A stretch of 60,328 nucleotides of DNA from Nemertoderma westbladi. Taxonomy: Eukaryota > Animalia > Xenacoelomorpha. The position numbers and the translations under genes were made by a program. The first letter of the stretch is position 1, and every line of letters begins with the position of its first letter. Shown here one piece after another: positions 12,501 to 27,500 of the stretch. The stretch is taken from the NCBI GenBank assembly GCA_032718475.1, contig JAUCBJ010005790.1:1-60328 (forward strand), given 5' to 3'. The notes under the pieces were generated by a model, which was not told the origin of the DNA, searched no databases, and saw only the letters and a program-made list of their open reading frames with translations.

Positions 12501-15500
12501 GCTCCTGGCCATTATAGAAAACGTAGCGAAACGAAACAACATGGAACATCCAGTCGCTTTGAAGTTATAGTAATTTATTACATACGTCTTACTTTCTTTA
12601 AAAAAACTTTTTGTTAATAATTCACAATTACCGCTAAAAAAATAAGGCAACAATTGTTACTCAGGAACTAACTCTGCTATTTGAGCGAATGTCATCCCAG
12701 TGAAGGCTGTAGAGAGATAGTCGGTATACATCTCCATTCCGGTACCGCGTAGGTAGTGGCCAACCCATGTCGTCTCGTCGAGTAACTTGGGTTGACTTCG
12801 CATAGCGAACAGGTTGGCCATCACGGTAGAGAACCCGGGAGCCAGACACGATTGCGCAATAAATCCCAGCTTCAGTTCAGCTAAACACACAACATCGTCG
12901 CCGTCCTTCCCATTCCAGGAGGGAATATTGAGTAGATGAGCCTAAATACAATTTATAATAAATAACTAAAACAATAAACAAGACGATTTGCAGTGTAGTG
13001 TTGGAACTTGGAACTTATGATGTACATAATTGTGGGGCGAACCACGAAGTGCGCGAAGCCTTAGCATATGGGCTACCATTAACGAGTTTTCTGTCGTCGT
13101 CGTCTAAATTTTTATCGCTAATAACTCAGTCATTCCTTGATTAAATTAAACCAAACTTGGTACGTATGAGGTCCAGTCTAGTGTAGAAAGAATAAGAAGT
13201 TTGTTCAAAAATCAGACAGTATGTAAGTCAGTACCGGTAGTTTTCAGACTTTTGATAAAAATCTAATTAAGTCGGTCAATCATTGATGAAATTAAATATT
13301 AAGAGGGGGGTTGAGGTTGAAGGAGAGCTTTCCCCTCTTCGATATTGGCGGTTTGGTTAAATTTCTTATTTAGATTTTGTGATAGAATCGGTCAATTTTA
13401 ATTTGTATCTCATAACTCAGCCTCGTGCTGCGCGAAGTCCCCTCGAACGTGAATTTTGTTAAAGATACATCCGTAATCAACATGGAAAAATCTGATATAG
13501 TTACACTAAAATATGAACTTAAAATAGGAAAATATCATTACTGATACTAAACTTAAAAGGAAGCTGAGGATTAAAGAATAAAAGAGGAGTATTAATTCTC
13601 TATATAGAATATTGATTGCAAATATAGATAAGCCGAGGGCAAGATGTACAAGTAACTAGATACCTTGTTGTGGTACTGGAGCATCTGGGTAATAATTCGT
13701 ATCTTCGCGTGGTAATTCTTTACGGATATAACCCTCATAATGTTACCAGCATCCTCAGCGTCGGGGTCGATGGTGTACTTGTTGGCGAGGATGAGACAGG
13801 CATCGGCTTGGGACATCTATGGGAGAGGAAGTAGAAAAAATAGATTCCCGGGCTCGGGACCCGGATTATCACTCTCGGAGTCCCGTTTTTCGGGATCGGG
13901 ATTGCAATTTGGGATCGGGATTGCAATTTGGAATCAATTTCCTCAAAGTTATTAGTATAGGTTGCGGGTTTTGGGTAACACTCACTTTATCTTACAATTC
14001 TGAAATATTTGCAAGATAAAGTTATATTAAAATTATTACGCAATTGAATACTGGATGGTTTACTGAAATAAAAATTCGATATAATCATAACATTTCCGTT
14101 CTGCTGGGACTATTTATCAGATATTCAATAAATTTACTTCACAATTTAATTATTTATACTTCGGAATCCCGTTCCAAAAATGTCGGAATCGGGACCGGGA
14201 TTGCATTTTTCGCCGGGATCCGATTTTTCGGGATCGGGATCACGTTTAAACACTACACTGTAACCTGTTCCTTTCCCTTAATTAATAATTTAAGATTGAG
14301 ACGAGATATTAATAATTATCCTCTAAAGAATTTGCGCCAAGCCCCCTGTCATGGTGAAGTACAGAGGCCTCACCCCACCCAGACCTCCTTTGGCTTTGCC
14401 CACTCCAACTCTGCATTTAAGTTTAAACCAAACCTTATTTACAATCAAATTCGATTCATAAAGGTCCAATTCGATATCTCGTACCATAAAATATTGACGT
14501 AAAGATATTCGATCATTGGAGAGAAATACAGGGAATCCATCTCCCATCACTACGTTTTTATAAGGGTCAGGGAAATATGTTTGTCTTTGTAAAATTACTA
14601 ACATACTAAATAAATGGTTTGAGCTGCTACAGCTGATAATGCAACTGTAATAAATACGTCGCTGTTGTTAGAGATAAGAAATGCAACCTATGAATGCCTG
14701 TTCGCTTAAGTGGAATAGTTGAGCAAGGAGGAGTCGAAGGGGACATAGTTTCTGGACTTATTTTAGCGCGCTATACTGACGATGATCAATTAATAGGCCG
14801 AAACGGTATTGTAATGTGCGATGATTCAACCCCCAGTGACGCCCTGGGCATGTCAGATTTTTTCCACTCGAAATAAAAGCCATAAGAATGGAACACATAT
14901 ACCAATTCAAATAAATACATTGTACAAATAAAAAAAAATTAATTATCTTAATGAAATAATTAAGTATAATAATAAATACATTGTATTGTACATATTATTA
15001 TAATATTTGGAATGATTGATGACACCAGAATAAGCGTCCTCTCCTATCCAATCAGGACAAAATACCAAATAACCGTATAAACTTACTTTAACCCGGTCGA
15101 GATCCTTCGTGTACATAGGAGTTCCTTGGAAGAATGAAACCTGCGTGAAGTGGCGCTTAAAGAGGGCCTGTAGGTCCAGATCGGGGGCCTGTTGGTGGAG
15201 GAACACGATCTCTACGTCAACGTCGTCTCTGTCGTCGTGGAGAAAGTCTTTAAGGAAACTCGCAACCGACTCGTAATTAATGTGACCGCAAACGACAATG
15301 TGTCTGCAAGTGAAAAACAAGGAAATAACTTATCAGTGTCTGTGAGGTTGTTAGGAGTTACAATATTCTATAAACTCCTTGCGACGGCGTATAGAATTGA
15401 TGATAATTTGCGAAAAATTGATATCCCTGAAAGCTGGAACTTAGTATAAAGGGTAAAAGGCTGCTGTAAACAAATACAAAAGTTTGTGTTTGTCCTATTA

Positions 15501-18500
15501 ATCATCATATGGGAAACATCTTAATAAAAAAAAATGAAATAAAACAATAGCAGCATACAATTCATTAAAGAATTAATAGATAAATTAATAAGTTACTCAC
15601 TTTCTGCCTCTTTCTTGGTTATATGTTCCACCGTATTTCTTCCGATTCCCAATCAGCTCAACAATTTCGGGTACAAAGTTTGCGAAAATTGCCTAAAAAT
15701 TAAATAAGTTAATATTATATAACTGTGTTGTGTGGGTACTAGGGTATTGTGGTCAACATTTCGAAATAGTAAACACTTAGATATAATGGTTTGAAGAGCG
15801 CCTTTTTATTGTAAATTTTTTACCCCCATGTCAATACTTCGAAAGAGCCTGTTAACACTTCGAAAAGGAAAAATTTGAAACTTAAATTTATATTTAATTT
15901 ATATTTATTTTAAACGTATATTTTAAAGTACAAATACAATGATAACTATAATAACTATATACACGGTTAGAGTTGGGTTATACAATTCGAATTTGATATT
16001 GGAAAGAACAATTACAATTTATTTATGTACTGTAAGTAGTAAGTGATAAGGGATAATATTGCGAAACATTTCAGTTAATAGTTTTTTTGTTACCGCTTAC
16101 CGGTACAGTAGAATTACACGAGTGTGGGCCTTCGTCTCGTGCAGCAAAAGCGGCACGCCATCTTAGCGAACAATTATAATTATACTATGGCTCGTATTTA
16201 TGTACCCTGGAGTCCCGAATAGATGGGGCCTGTCGACACAGTTATTAATTTTTGAAAATTTTATATTGCCCTTGATGTGTTCCCAAGATGTCATATAAGT
16301 TGTGGGATGGGTTTTTTGATTTTTAAAACTGTTTGTTGATTTTCTCAGGAAAAGGAAAGGTGAGACAAAGAAATTGATCATTTAAATTTCATAAATCTGT
16401 TGCTAAGGCGGTTACTAGGGCCGGGTTGGCGGACTGCAAGGGAATTTCGGAAATTTTCTTCTTTACCAAAGTGTTTATAACAGTTTCAGGACAACATTGA
16501 TGCATTTTTATTAACTTTAGATTTATACACTGGTAATGAATGAGACGAGATTCACTAGCATTCACCATGAACTTGTATCCTAAAATTGAAAAAAACACAT
16601 TTTTGAGCAAAAAACATTGAAGCCCAAAAAAAGGCATTAAATCAAAAATGCAGAGGTGGCATCCGGCCTAGCTGGATTAGCCATGTCTTGAAGTACAAAA
16701 ATCAGGTGGATGCCAACCATTAACAAAAAATGCCATCTAAACTTAATTTTCGGGAGTTGGCAGGTAGACTACAGCTGTTTGCTGCGGCCATGCAAGGATT
16801 CCAAATATGTAACACTGAATTTCTGGATTTTGAAAACTCTGAATTTCGTTGAAAAACTGAGATGAGGGCGTTCAAATGTTGGATGGTTTTGCATCTGCGA
16901 AAGGCGATTTTATTCTATTTAATAAATGCATCATATTCTGGAAAATTTTGTTTATCCAAATACGTAGCTGTGCAACAATCTATTCATAGATTTAAAAAAT
17001 ATTCCAGAATATGATGCATTAATTAAATATAATAAAATTGCCTCGCGCAAGTGCAAAATCATGCAACATTTGTACGCTCATATTATCTCAACTATTTTTC
17101 AACAAATTCAAATTGTGTTACATATTTTGAATCCTTGCAGGGCCAGCTTCCATTGGTACCATAAGCTATACGCTATAACAGCTAAAAAAGGTAGAAGAAT
17201 AACTGCGGTGGGATTGGTGTAATATCACTGGAGACACGTTTTTAAACGCTTGTAGCTATAATAAAATATACATTTATATTTGTTTTTGCAGGCGCCCTTA
17301 GGCGACCATTTGAAAAATGCCAGAATTTCACTTTTCGGTCGACTTTTTATTGGAATTTTATAGATGATGATTTTTTTTTTAAATTTATTTTTATTAAGCG
17401 TTTTATAGCGCTTATTTCTGTCTTATAACCTGTACAAATACTAATTCGTTTATTGTTTTGGTTAGATTCAGCCCTTCTGTAACCTGTGTTTTTGGTGAAA
17501 ACCTGGTATTCATGGGGGTAACTGCAAAGTGAAATATAACGGCAGAAAGTCTGGTATTCTTCACATGGGCTGGGCCCCCTTAGGGCGTTAGGGGCTATTA
17601 CAGCGGCACCTGCATTATTACACATGCATTATTATACATGAATACAAGAGGTCTCGCTACGGGGACCTAAAAATTCTAGCTCATCCAGCAAGGAGGAGGG
17701 AGGTGAAACTATCTCTGTTTCAAATTTCATGCAATCTCATTAAGATTTGTATACATTTTTTGGTAGAAAAATCCGGGCAGGCCCGGATTTAGAGTGGTGG
17801 GTGGCCTGGGCCTGGGCTCTACTATATGGGGTTCTCACAGACTATACCATACTACTACTAGGATCGGCATGTTGCATTGCAGCTGCATTTTTAAGAATGC
17901 TGTGCCGGCTTGTCAACAAAATTGCACCGCCACAACTCCCTATCACCCATGACATTTGCTAGATCATCCGCATCTTTAAGGCCAGTGTCCTTTAAGATGC
18001 GTCTCAAGAAAGTCATGGGCTGTCCACCATGCTTATTCACTCCATGAGGCTGCCAAAGTACAAGATTATGCACTGGCTGGTCCTCACGGCGAAAGCAATG
18101 TCCTGCAAAGCGGAGGCGATTTTGTTCTAGTGTCAAGCTTGGGGGAACCAATGAGACACCTCCAATGTTATATAGTGTCTGGTTGGAGATGTGTGCATTG
18201 TACTTGACACAATGAACCCGGCGTAGCATTCTTGTGAATGTGCCATCCAGAGATTTGGTGTCCTCAGCAGTTAGAGCCCAGCATGGACTCCCGTAGAGGA
18301 GTACTGGAACTACTGCTGCTCTAAATAATCGGACCTTAAGTTTCCGATTAATTCTAGGTGACTTCCAAATCCTGGAAAGCCTATTCAAGGCTGCCCATGC
18401 CTTTCCCTTACGTATTCGAAGGTCCTCACCTGACTTCCGGATCCATGATCCCAGGTAACAGAAGTCGTCCACATGCTCAAGCATACCATCCTTTGAGCTT

Positions 18501-21500
18501 ATGCTCATCCGATCAGAGACTTGCTGAGGACTTTCAAAGTTAACTGTCAGAATATTGGTCTTTCTGGAGTTAATAAAAAGACCAACACTAGAAGCAGCAT
18601 GTTCTAATGAGCTGAGGAGCCGTTGGGCTCCCTCTAATGATTCTGAGAGTACTCCTAAGTCATCAGCAAAGTCTAGATCAGTTAGGTACTTGGCAGGATT
18701 TCCTCGACTTCTGGAGCCAGTAGGTGGAGTTATCATCACCCCATCATCATTATGATGATCTAAGGACATGCGTAGAACATAGTCAACCACAATAATGAAC
18801 AAGAATGGTGCAAGTGTTTCTCCTTGGAGGACGCCCCATAACACTTCAAATGGTTTAAATGGTATTACTAAAAGACACATTTTCTCTCGTTTTCATAACC
18901 CTAAATTTTCAATCTATTTATTGGAAATACCTTTCAAAGAAACCAGAATGTAGATGTAAATAATAGTAGGGATTAGTAGGGGTGTGATTTCCTATATATT
19001 TTCGGATTTTCCGGTAATTTCCTATTTTATTACGCCTAATTATTTTATTTAGCATATTCTGAAAACATATATGGTAAAACACAACTAGAAACAAGGGATT
19101 CCTGTTTAGATGTGTTTAGGTGGTTCGTTGTCTTTTGTGGTCGTAACTACGGATGAAATATACTTTTCCGGAGATTTTTGGAAATTTCCTTGAAAACATA
19201 TTTTAGGAAAACTCAATATATCCCTATATATTAGACGTTGAATGAATGAAGCATGTTCCTGTTTATATCATTATAAAAACATCTAATCAAAAAATGCAAG
19301 AATCGAAAGTGAAAAAAATATTATTTCATAAGCTACATATAAGCTAATATTTACTGTTTTTCACACTAACTTTTTTTTCATATATTTGGGGAAAAATAAG
19401 TGGTAAAATTCAAAATTGCCATGTTCGGTTTCAGTTCGGTTCCGGCTCGTCTCCTCTAGAGTTCGGTCGATCCCTATTGTTGTTGTTAAGGGATCTGTTG
19501 GTGGGGGGCCTGGGACCTCAGCCTCCCCCCCCCCCCCCCCCCCCTAAATACGGCCCCGGGGGTTGGGGGGTTGGGGGCTTGGGGGGGGGGGGGGTCACTG
19601 AATTACCACACTATATTCTGGGACATTGTGTATATTGTATTCCTTTTACATATCGACATCACACAGGGATGTGTCGCTTATACAACACAACACCTACAAC
19701 TAGCCACAGATCGCGATCAGCCAGGTAAATCCACAATTCATATGCATTATCAAGAACAGTGTCTTTCACCAAAAGTTTCAGGAATGACATTGACGTTTAA
19801 TTATTATTATTTATTGCACGTAAATCGAGATAATCTATTCGCTTTAGGTTAATGGGTACAAAGGCCAATGGGTACAACGAGTCAAAGGGTACAAACAATG
19901 CGGTTATTTGGTTTGTTTATTATTTTGGTTAGGGTTAGTTGGCCATAGGCCTCAACCCTAATTAAAAGGGTCATGTAACTTTAACCCTAGGACATAATCT
20001 AAGAAATTTAGCGGAATTTCTGACATTATTGACATCTAGGCCCGAAGGGCCGTTAACTTGGGATGATGACTTAGGGTTAGGGTTACATGACAGTTTTAAT
20101 TAGGGTTGAGGCCGCCACTACACTGTAACCAGCGAGATTCATACAGTATAGAAATCCCTGTTGTTCACTTTGTCTTGTTGTACCCTTTCTATAACATTTG
20201 TACCCTTTGACGTGGCTGATATGTTCACTTTGACCAGTTGTACCCTTTTTTCCATTTTTTTACTCTTTGACTCGATGTACCCATTGACTCGGAATCTAAT
20301 CTATTTACAGAGCGTAGCGAGATTAATAATAAAACGAGAATATAGTGAAAATATACTTAAAGATATATTTCGTTCAATATAATTTTATAAAATATTTGGT
20401 ATTTCTTTGGACTGCATTGGAGGCATAATCGCACTCCATTCTAAAACGCTGGAAGTTGTAGCAATGTTACAAATCCCTCACTGGCCTAACGGGCCACAGA
20501 AAACTTTTAAATTTTTTTTACGTTCAGTCAGATAATAACTGACCGCTAAATCAAGTGCAGTCTTTGATTTTTACCAAAAATACACGAATAAAATAAAATG
20601 GACCTCAACCTATTTCTACAAACCACAATGTTTTTCGAGTTTTTAATTAAATTTAAGTTTTTGACCCGCATTGTGAATAGTTTCCACAATATCGTCCATG
20701 TTACGGAACGTCAGTCGCGGCACCGTAGTTAGAACAAGCCGAAAAAAATTGCAGAGGTTTTTATGCGGAAGAGGGTTGTACCCGATCATCAAAGACCCAT
20801 CCAATATAATTTGCTTCTTGATCTGGGGAGCTACACGCGACAAAGTTTTCCACCATTCGGGTGATCTCTTTTCGTTAATCATGCAAGATGGAATGTACCA
20901 AAAACATATATTAGTGCATTGCGAATCGGGACAAATTACCATTTCAAAATTGCAATGAGCGTAAATCAGTTTGACGATGTAGTTCTTACATTCGAAAGCG
21001 TTATCCACGGCGTCCTCCATTCCATCGTCCCCCATCGATTTCCACATCAACCAAAACTTGAACGCCTCGGCCTTCCGGCCACACTGGACGCTTTTATCTC
21101 CGGAATCGTATGAAACGTCATAAAACTTATCCTGTTGAAACAGATAGGTAGCGGATGCGCTGTTACACTGCTGCAAGAGTCCGACTTCCTTCAACACAAA
21201 CACGGAAGTTTGTAGAGGAGCTCCCATCATCTTGTGCGGATTCCAACAAAAAGAATCCACCAAACCGATACCCTTGGCAAGATGACGGTACTTCTTGGAG
21301 AAGAGAACAGGTCCTCCCCAAGCGGCGTCAACATTCAACCACAACGAATATTTCCGACAGATTCTACCGACCTCGTCTAAAGGATCGAATGCACCCAATA
21401 CGGTAGTCCCACATGTCGCATTCACCACAAACGGCCGCATACCCTTACGAATAGATTCCGCTATGCATTCCTCCAGCTTTGCCGGTATCATTGCCCCGAA

Positions 21501-24500
21501 CTCGTTTGTCTCAACCAAAACAACACTCTCGGTACCGTGGCCTAACCAATGAGCAGCTTTCGCCACCGAGTAGTGGCTGTCGCTCGAGGTGAATATCGCT
21601 AGTCGTGGAAGACCGAAGATGCCGGTACGTTTAACATCGGGGAAGGCCTTGAATCGAGCGGCAACAATTCCGTACATAACCGCCAAACTTCCCCCGGGTG
21701 AAAATATTCCGTCGCCAGATTCCCATCCCAGAAGACAGACAACCTTCTTGATTACAGAACGCTCAATCAGAGAGAACAAGGGAGCAACTTCGTAGGTGTA
21801 TTGGCTAACATTAAGAGCTTCTGTGAGCCACGTGCCCGCTAGACCAACCTCATGGACACCGCCAACCAGCTGGTTGCGAAACATTGGGGAAGAAGTCTTC
21901 ACGCTGTAACGAATGAGGTCCTTGCAGGAGGCCATTAGGTCTTCTTGTTTGGCACCCTTCCGCCCGATACTAAAGTCAAAACGTTTTTCCAGAATTTCTG
22001 GGTGAACGAATTCCACTATTGGAGAATGACCGGAAACGGGCCCGCTTCCATCCAACATGCCGACTATAAGATTTTCTTTGAATACAAGATTAGCGACATC
22101 CTTAACAAATGAACCCGGTAAAGGGTCGCCGTTTACACCATCGGTCGCCATATATTATATTATTATATTTTAATTGTTATATACCATGTCCTAGAATATA
22201 TTTGTCGTTATTTAGGTACCTGTCCCCCCCCCCCCCCCCCCCCCCGAATTTTTCTACGAATCCAAATAAGTAACATATCTGATAGGCGTGCGAAAGTGGC
22301 AAGGCTTTGCACCTGCACGAGGCTGTTTTATTCTATTTAATATTATATATATATTTATATTCTGGAACATTTTGTTTATCTCATACGTAGCTGGGCAACA
22401 ATGAAATGCCTCTTTAATGGTACTCTTACCTAAATATTTATACATGAACAAAATGTTCTAGAATATGGTATTAATAAATAGAATAAAACAGGTGTAAAAC
22501 CATGCAACTTTCAAACGCCTAGATACCTTAGCTATTTTTCAACAAAATTCAGATTGTGTTACATATTATTTGGAATCCTTACATGACCAGCATTCCACCA
22601 ACAAATCATGATATGGTTAAAAAATAGCTGCAGTGTAACAGGTGAAATATAACCGGAGACACTCTTTTCAAATGCTTGTAGCTAAAAAATTAGAGAACAT
22701 ATAAATATTCTGGCTCACCCACCCAGGAGTTCAGTGAAACTATCTCTATTTCAAATGGGCCAAGTACCTGAATAACGACACGGCACTGGTTCGAAATGGG
22801 TCATCCAATTTGGAAATTTTACAAACTCACCTATAAAATATATAATATATAATACATATATATTATATATATATACATCATATATTATAAATTAATTTGC
22901 AAAAACTCTTATAAAGTACCTATAAATGATTTATATTGTATATAAAAAAAATTGGTGACCCATATCGAACCAGTGCCGAGATTTATGAAAAATTTATGCT
23001 TCGAAATTTGGTATGATGATAGTTCGACAATTTTCCTTAATGCTGCCATGGCAGAGCCGGATTTTTCAATTTATGAGCCATTTCGATACAACAAGCCGTT
23101 AAAAACTGACTATTTCACAATATTTATCCACCTCCGTTGGATTTATTTTCAATATATTGAATGTTGTAATCTAGATATCATTAGAACCGCCATCATCTGC
23201 AGATTCCAAATCTGGAAACCGTTTTAAATTTCACAAATAATTGCCAAAGATATCAAAATACTAAGGTTTAAATTTTTAGTCGTGAATTGCAATAATTCAA
23301 ATGTTTTATTTACTCAATTCTAGTATATTAATTACGAGAAATGTAGAAACAAGAATGAGAGTTTTAAAAGCTCAACATTAATATTCTAGAATAAAGATAA
23401 AAAAACATATAAACAAAGATAAAAAACACTGGGCTGTGTTTTGGGCACACCCCCAACGAAATTTTTATATTGTTTTTGTTTGTTTGTTTTTGTTATAAAA
23501 TATTGAAAATATTAGAGTCATCAAAATAATGAAATATCAAATGGGTTGTGGTGTTTAGTGCATTTGGTGAAGGGTTTACGGTGGTGGTCGTTCCCACAAA
23601 TTGAGTAATGCGCGTTTCCACCCCAAATGAAGTCAATAAAATAACTAAAACTAACTAGCTTTAAAAAAAAATGTTCTAGAACATATTGTTTTCATTTTTT
23701 TTATATTAATATTGTTCTAGAACAAATAATTGTTGTTCTAGAACAGTTAAAATAAATTAGCATTGGAACTACTGTAAACAAAAAAATATGAACTCAAAAA
23801 CATTAGAATTATAGCGATTTAAATCTCAAAATTTACGCCTTAGTAGTATTTTGAAATCTTTGGCAATGTTAGGTGAAATTTAAAACGGTTTTCAGATTAG
23901 GAATCTGCAGATGATGGCGGTTCTAATGATATCTAGATTTCATTCAAAAGATGAAAAATAAAGCCAACGGAGATGGCTAAATATTGCGAAATAGACGATT
24001 TTTAACGGCTTGTTGTATCGAAATAGCTCATAAATTGAAAAATCCGGCCAGGCCAGCAGTAAGAAAAGTTGTCGATCTATCATCTTTCCAAATTTCGTAG
24101 CATATGGTTGAAATTTGAAAAAAATAGAGTGGGGCTCCGGAATTGGAATCATACGGTAATAAAACGATCAACGATCTAGAACATTTTTCTGTTAATTTCG
24201 CATTATTTATTCTAGATCAGTAATCACGATGGTAATTATTAATAAATAGGATTAGGTTAGGGTAGGTTTGGAGGGTGTTTAAACGCTGACGCCACCTCTT
24301 ACGCCCAGACCAACCGCTCGACTGAGTCCCTACTGGAGCAGAGGTGCCGGTTAAAGAAGCTGCATTACCGGACCGTCTGCGAGGACAGGAGGATGGCGTT
24401 CACCCCTCTGGTCGGCACCACTGATGGTGTATGGTGCGTTGAGGCCCAGATCTTAATCCGGTGTGAGAGATGGTATGAGAGAGAGAGGGGCCTCGCGTGC

Positions 24501-27500
24501 GTTCTGGGGGGTGTTCGCCGGCGGCTGCAGCTCGCGCTCCTCCCGTCCAACTCCCTCTGTCCCCGAGGGGGACGTCGGTCTTGGCGGGCTCTGGGATTTG
24601 GTGACGGGGCGGGACTGCGCGGTGTTGGGCTGGCAGACGAATTTAAAATTTTTTTATTGTTTCAATTTGTCATTGTGCTAGTTCCTTGTTAAATTTTAAA
24701 TATTGCTTTTGTTTTGTTTTGTAAATATCTTAATTTTGTTGCTTATAATGAATTATACTGTAATTATAGAAGATTTAGCATTAAAATGTTTAGTTGTAGG
24801 ATATTTTGAAGTAGCTAGTTTAATCAAATTTTTGGTAAGATTATTTGATAAACGTTCTGGAATATCAATATCACCTTCAATAACACAGGCCCAAACTCAC
24901 AAAAAGTGGCCAAAAACGTTTCCCACACGATTCGACTTAATTTTAGAATGAAATTTTTTTTGGAACCTAGTAAAGTTATATATATTTTTGAAGATAATTT
25001 TATGGTCCAACAGATGCACAAAATATCATACTGCCACTCCGACTTTGAAAGATTTTACAGACCTTTTAGAACTAAAAAATGCAGGTTTTTCAATTGTCCA
25101 AAAAAGTTCATTGCATTGTGGGGGATGTATTTTGACATCTACTGGGTGTATTTCAACAAGTTATAGCTCATTTTAAAGCTAAATAATAGAGGAATGCAAT
25201 GGAATAACTCCCAAATTGTTTTATTGATATCATATTTAAATAAAACAATAGATAATATACCCCTATTTTTGACAATTACTTGTCCCAAACGGTAACAACT
25301 GAATTCACCAAAAGGATTTTATTGGGATTCTATAAACTAAATTCTTATTTGAAAGGAAAATCTTCAAGAAGTGGAATGTTCCAGATTTTACGAAAAAATA
25401 CTAAACACAACCAGAGATATGGCTGGTTTTATACGTGCGAGTCGATTATGTCAATTAGGATTGTCCCATGTGTAACACCAAGTGCACTGCTTTACCATGC
25501 TCTAGAATCAGTTCTAACAAACTTGATATGAAGATTCAAATATCAGAAGATAGCCAAGTTCTTGGTCTTTTGCGTGAGTAATCATTTGTGGCAACAATTG
25601 ACTATGGAATAGACTTTAGTTGCTTTTACATTTATCAGCATGAGCTTTGTCCCACCTGTAACAAAAGCCTGTAACACAAAAAATCGTTACAGGGCGGGAC
25701 GTCCCACATGTAACATGTAAATCGAATAATTTTGGGCTACAGAGTAAGACATGTCTCACCTGTAACACTTTAGTAGTGCAGACTTCATAATATTGATAAG
25801 ACTGTAGGTCATGCACACATAACAGCAGTATTAACTGTGAATTGGTACTTACCTACCTACAGTAGTACCGGTAACAGTATCAGTGCTGCCTCTTTATTGC
25901 GTTTGATTCGAAGTTATTGGATCTACAGATCTGCGCAGTGCATAGAGTTTACTATTGACTACTAAACAAACTAATCCTAACCAGAACCAGTTATAAGACA
26001 CTGATACAGACACTATGTGACTACGGTATAGAATAGAGACCACATTTCATTACTTATTAGACATCAGCTTGCCGTTCCGGTATCAAGATACTGATAATAA
26101 ATAAAAATAGGACTAATAATACTGATCTGTCTTATATGGAATGCGGTCCATCTTAGATCTATCTTCTGCGATTGGGAGAGGGTGATTGGGAGCTCCGTGA
26201 GGGGAGCAGTTAGAGGTGGGAGGGAAAAAAATAGAGGTGCAAGGGGTGCAGTTGGAGGTGTGAGGGGAAAAGGTAGAGGTGCAAGGGGAGCAGTTGGAGG
26301 TGCGAGGGGAAAAAGTAGATGTGGAAGGGGAGCAGTTGGAGGAGCGAGAGGAGTAGTTAGTGCGAGAGCAGTAGTTAGAGGTGCGAGAGGAGAATGGGAG
26401 GATCTGTGGAGGGTGTGGGAGTCAGGGTGAAAAGTACAGGAGGATCTGTGGAGGGTGTGGGAGACAGGGTGAAAAGAACAGGAGGATCTGTGAAGGGTGT
26501 GGGAGACAGGGTGATAAGTACAGGAGGATCTGTGGAGGGTGTGGGAGTCAGGGTGAAAAGTACAGGAGGATCTGTGGAGGGTGTGGGAGACAGGGTGAGA
26601 AGTACAGGAGGATCTGTGGAGGGTGTGGGAGACGGAGTGGGAAGTACAGGAGGATCTGTGGCGGGTGTAGGAGACGGAGTGGGAAGTACAGGATGATCTG
26701 TGTAGGGTATGGGAGACGGAGTGGGAGCTATGGGAGGATCTGTGGAGGGTGTGGGTGAGAAGTACAGGAGGATCTGTGGAGGGTGTGGGAGTCAGGGTGA
26801 AAAGTACAGGAGGATCTGTGGAGGGTGTGGGAGACGGAGTGGGAAGTACAGGAGGATCTGTGGCGGGTGTAGGAGACGGAGTGGGAAGTACAGGATGATC
26901 TGTGTAGGGTATGGGAGACGGAGTGGGAGCTATGGGAGGATCTGTGGAGGGTGTGGGAGACTCAATGGGAAGTACAGGAGGATCTGTGGAGGGTGTGGGA
27001 GACAGGGTGAGAAGTACAGGAGGGTCTGTGGAGCGTGTGGGAGACAGGGTGAGAAGTACAGGAGGATATGAGGTGAGTGTGGGAGACGGAGTGGGAAGTA
27101 CAGGATGATCTGGGGAGGGTGTGGGAGACAGGGTGAGAAGTACAGGAGGATCTGTGGAGGGTGTGGGAGACAGGGTGAGAAGTACAGGAGGATCTGTGGA
27201 GGGTGTGGGAGACAGGGTGAGAAGTACAGGAAGATCTGTGGAGGGTGTGGGGGGGGCAGAGTGAGAAGGACAGGAGGATCTGTGGAGGGTGTGGGAGACA
27301 GGGTGAGAAGTACAGGAGGATCTGTGGAGGGTGTGGGAGACAGGGTGATAAGTACAGGAGGATCTGTGGAGGGTGTGGGAGACAGGGTGAGAAGTACAGG
27401 AGGATCTGTGGAGGGTGTGGGAGACAGGGTGATAAGTACAGGAGGATCTGTGGAGGGTGTGGGAGACAGGGTGAGAAGTACAGGAGGATCTGTGGAGGGT

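Noticed and set aside
12991-14260. Apparent TIR pair CAGTGTAGTGTT enclosing a Slo1 exon
   Set aside because: Only 12 bp match, no TSD seen, and the exon is an ancestral conserved one; likely ends of separate insertions.
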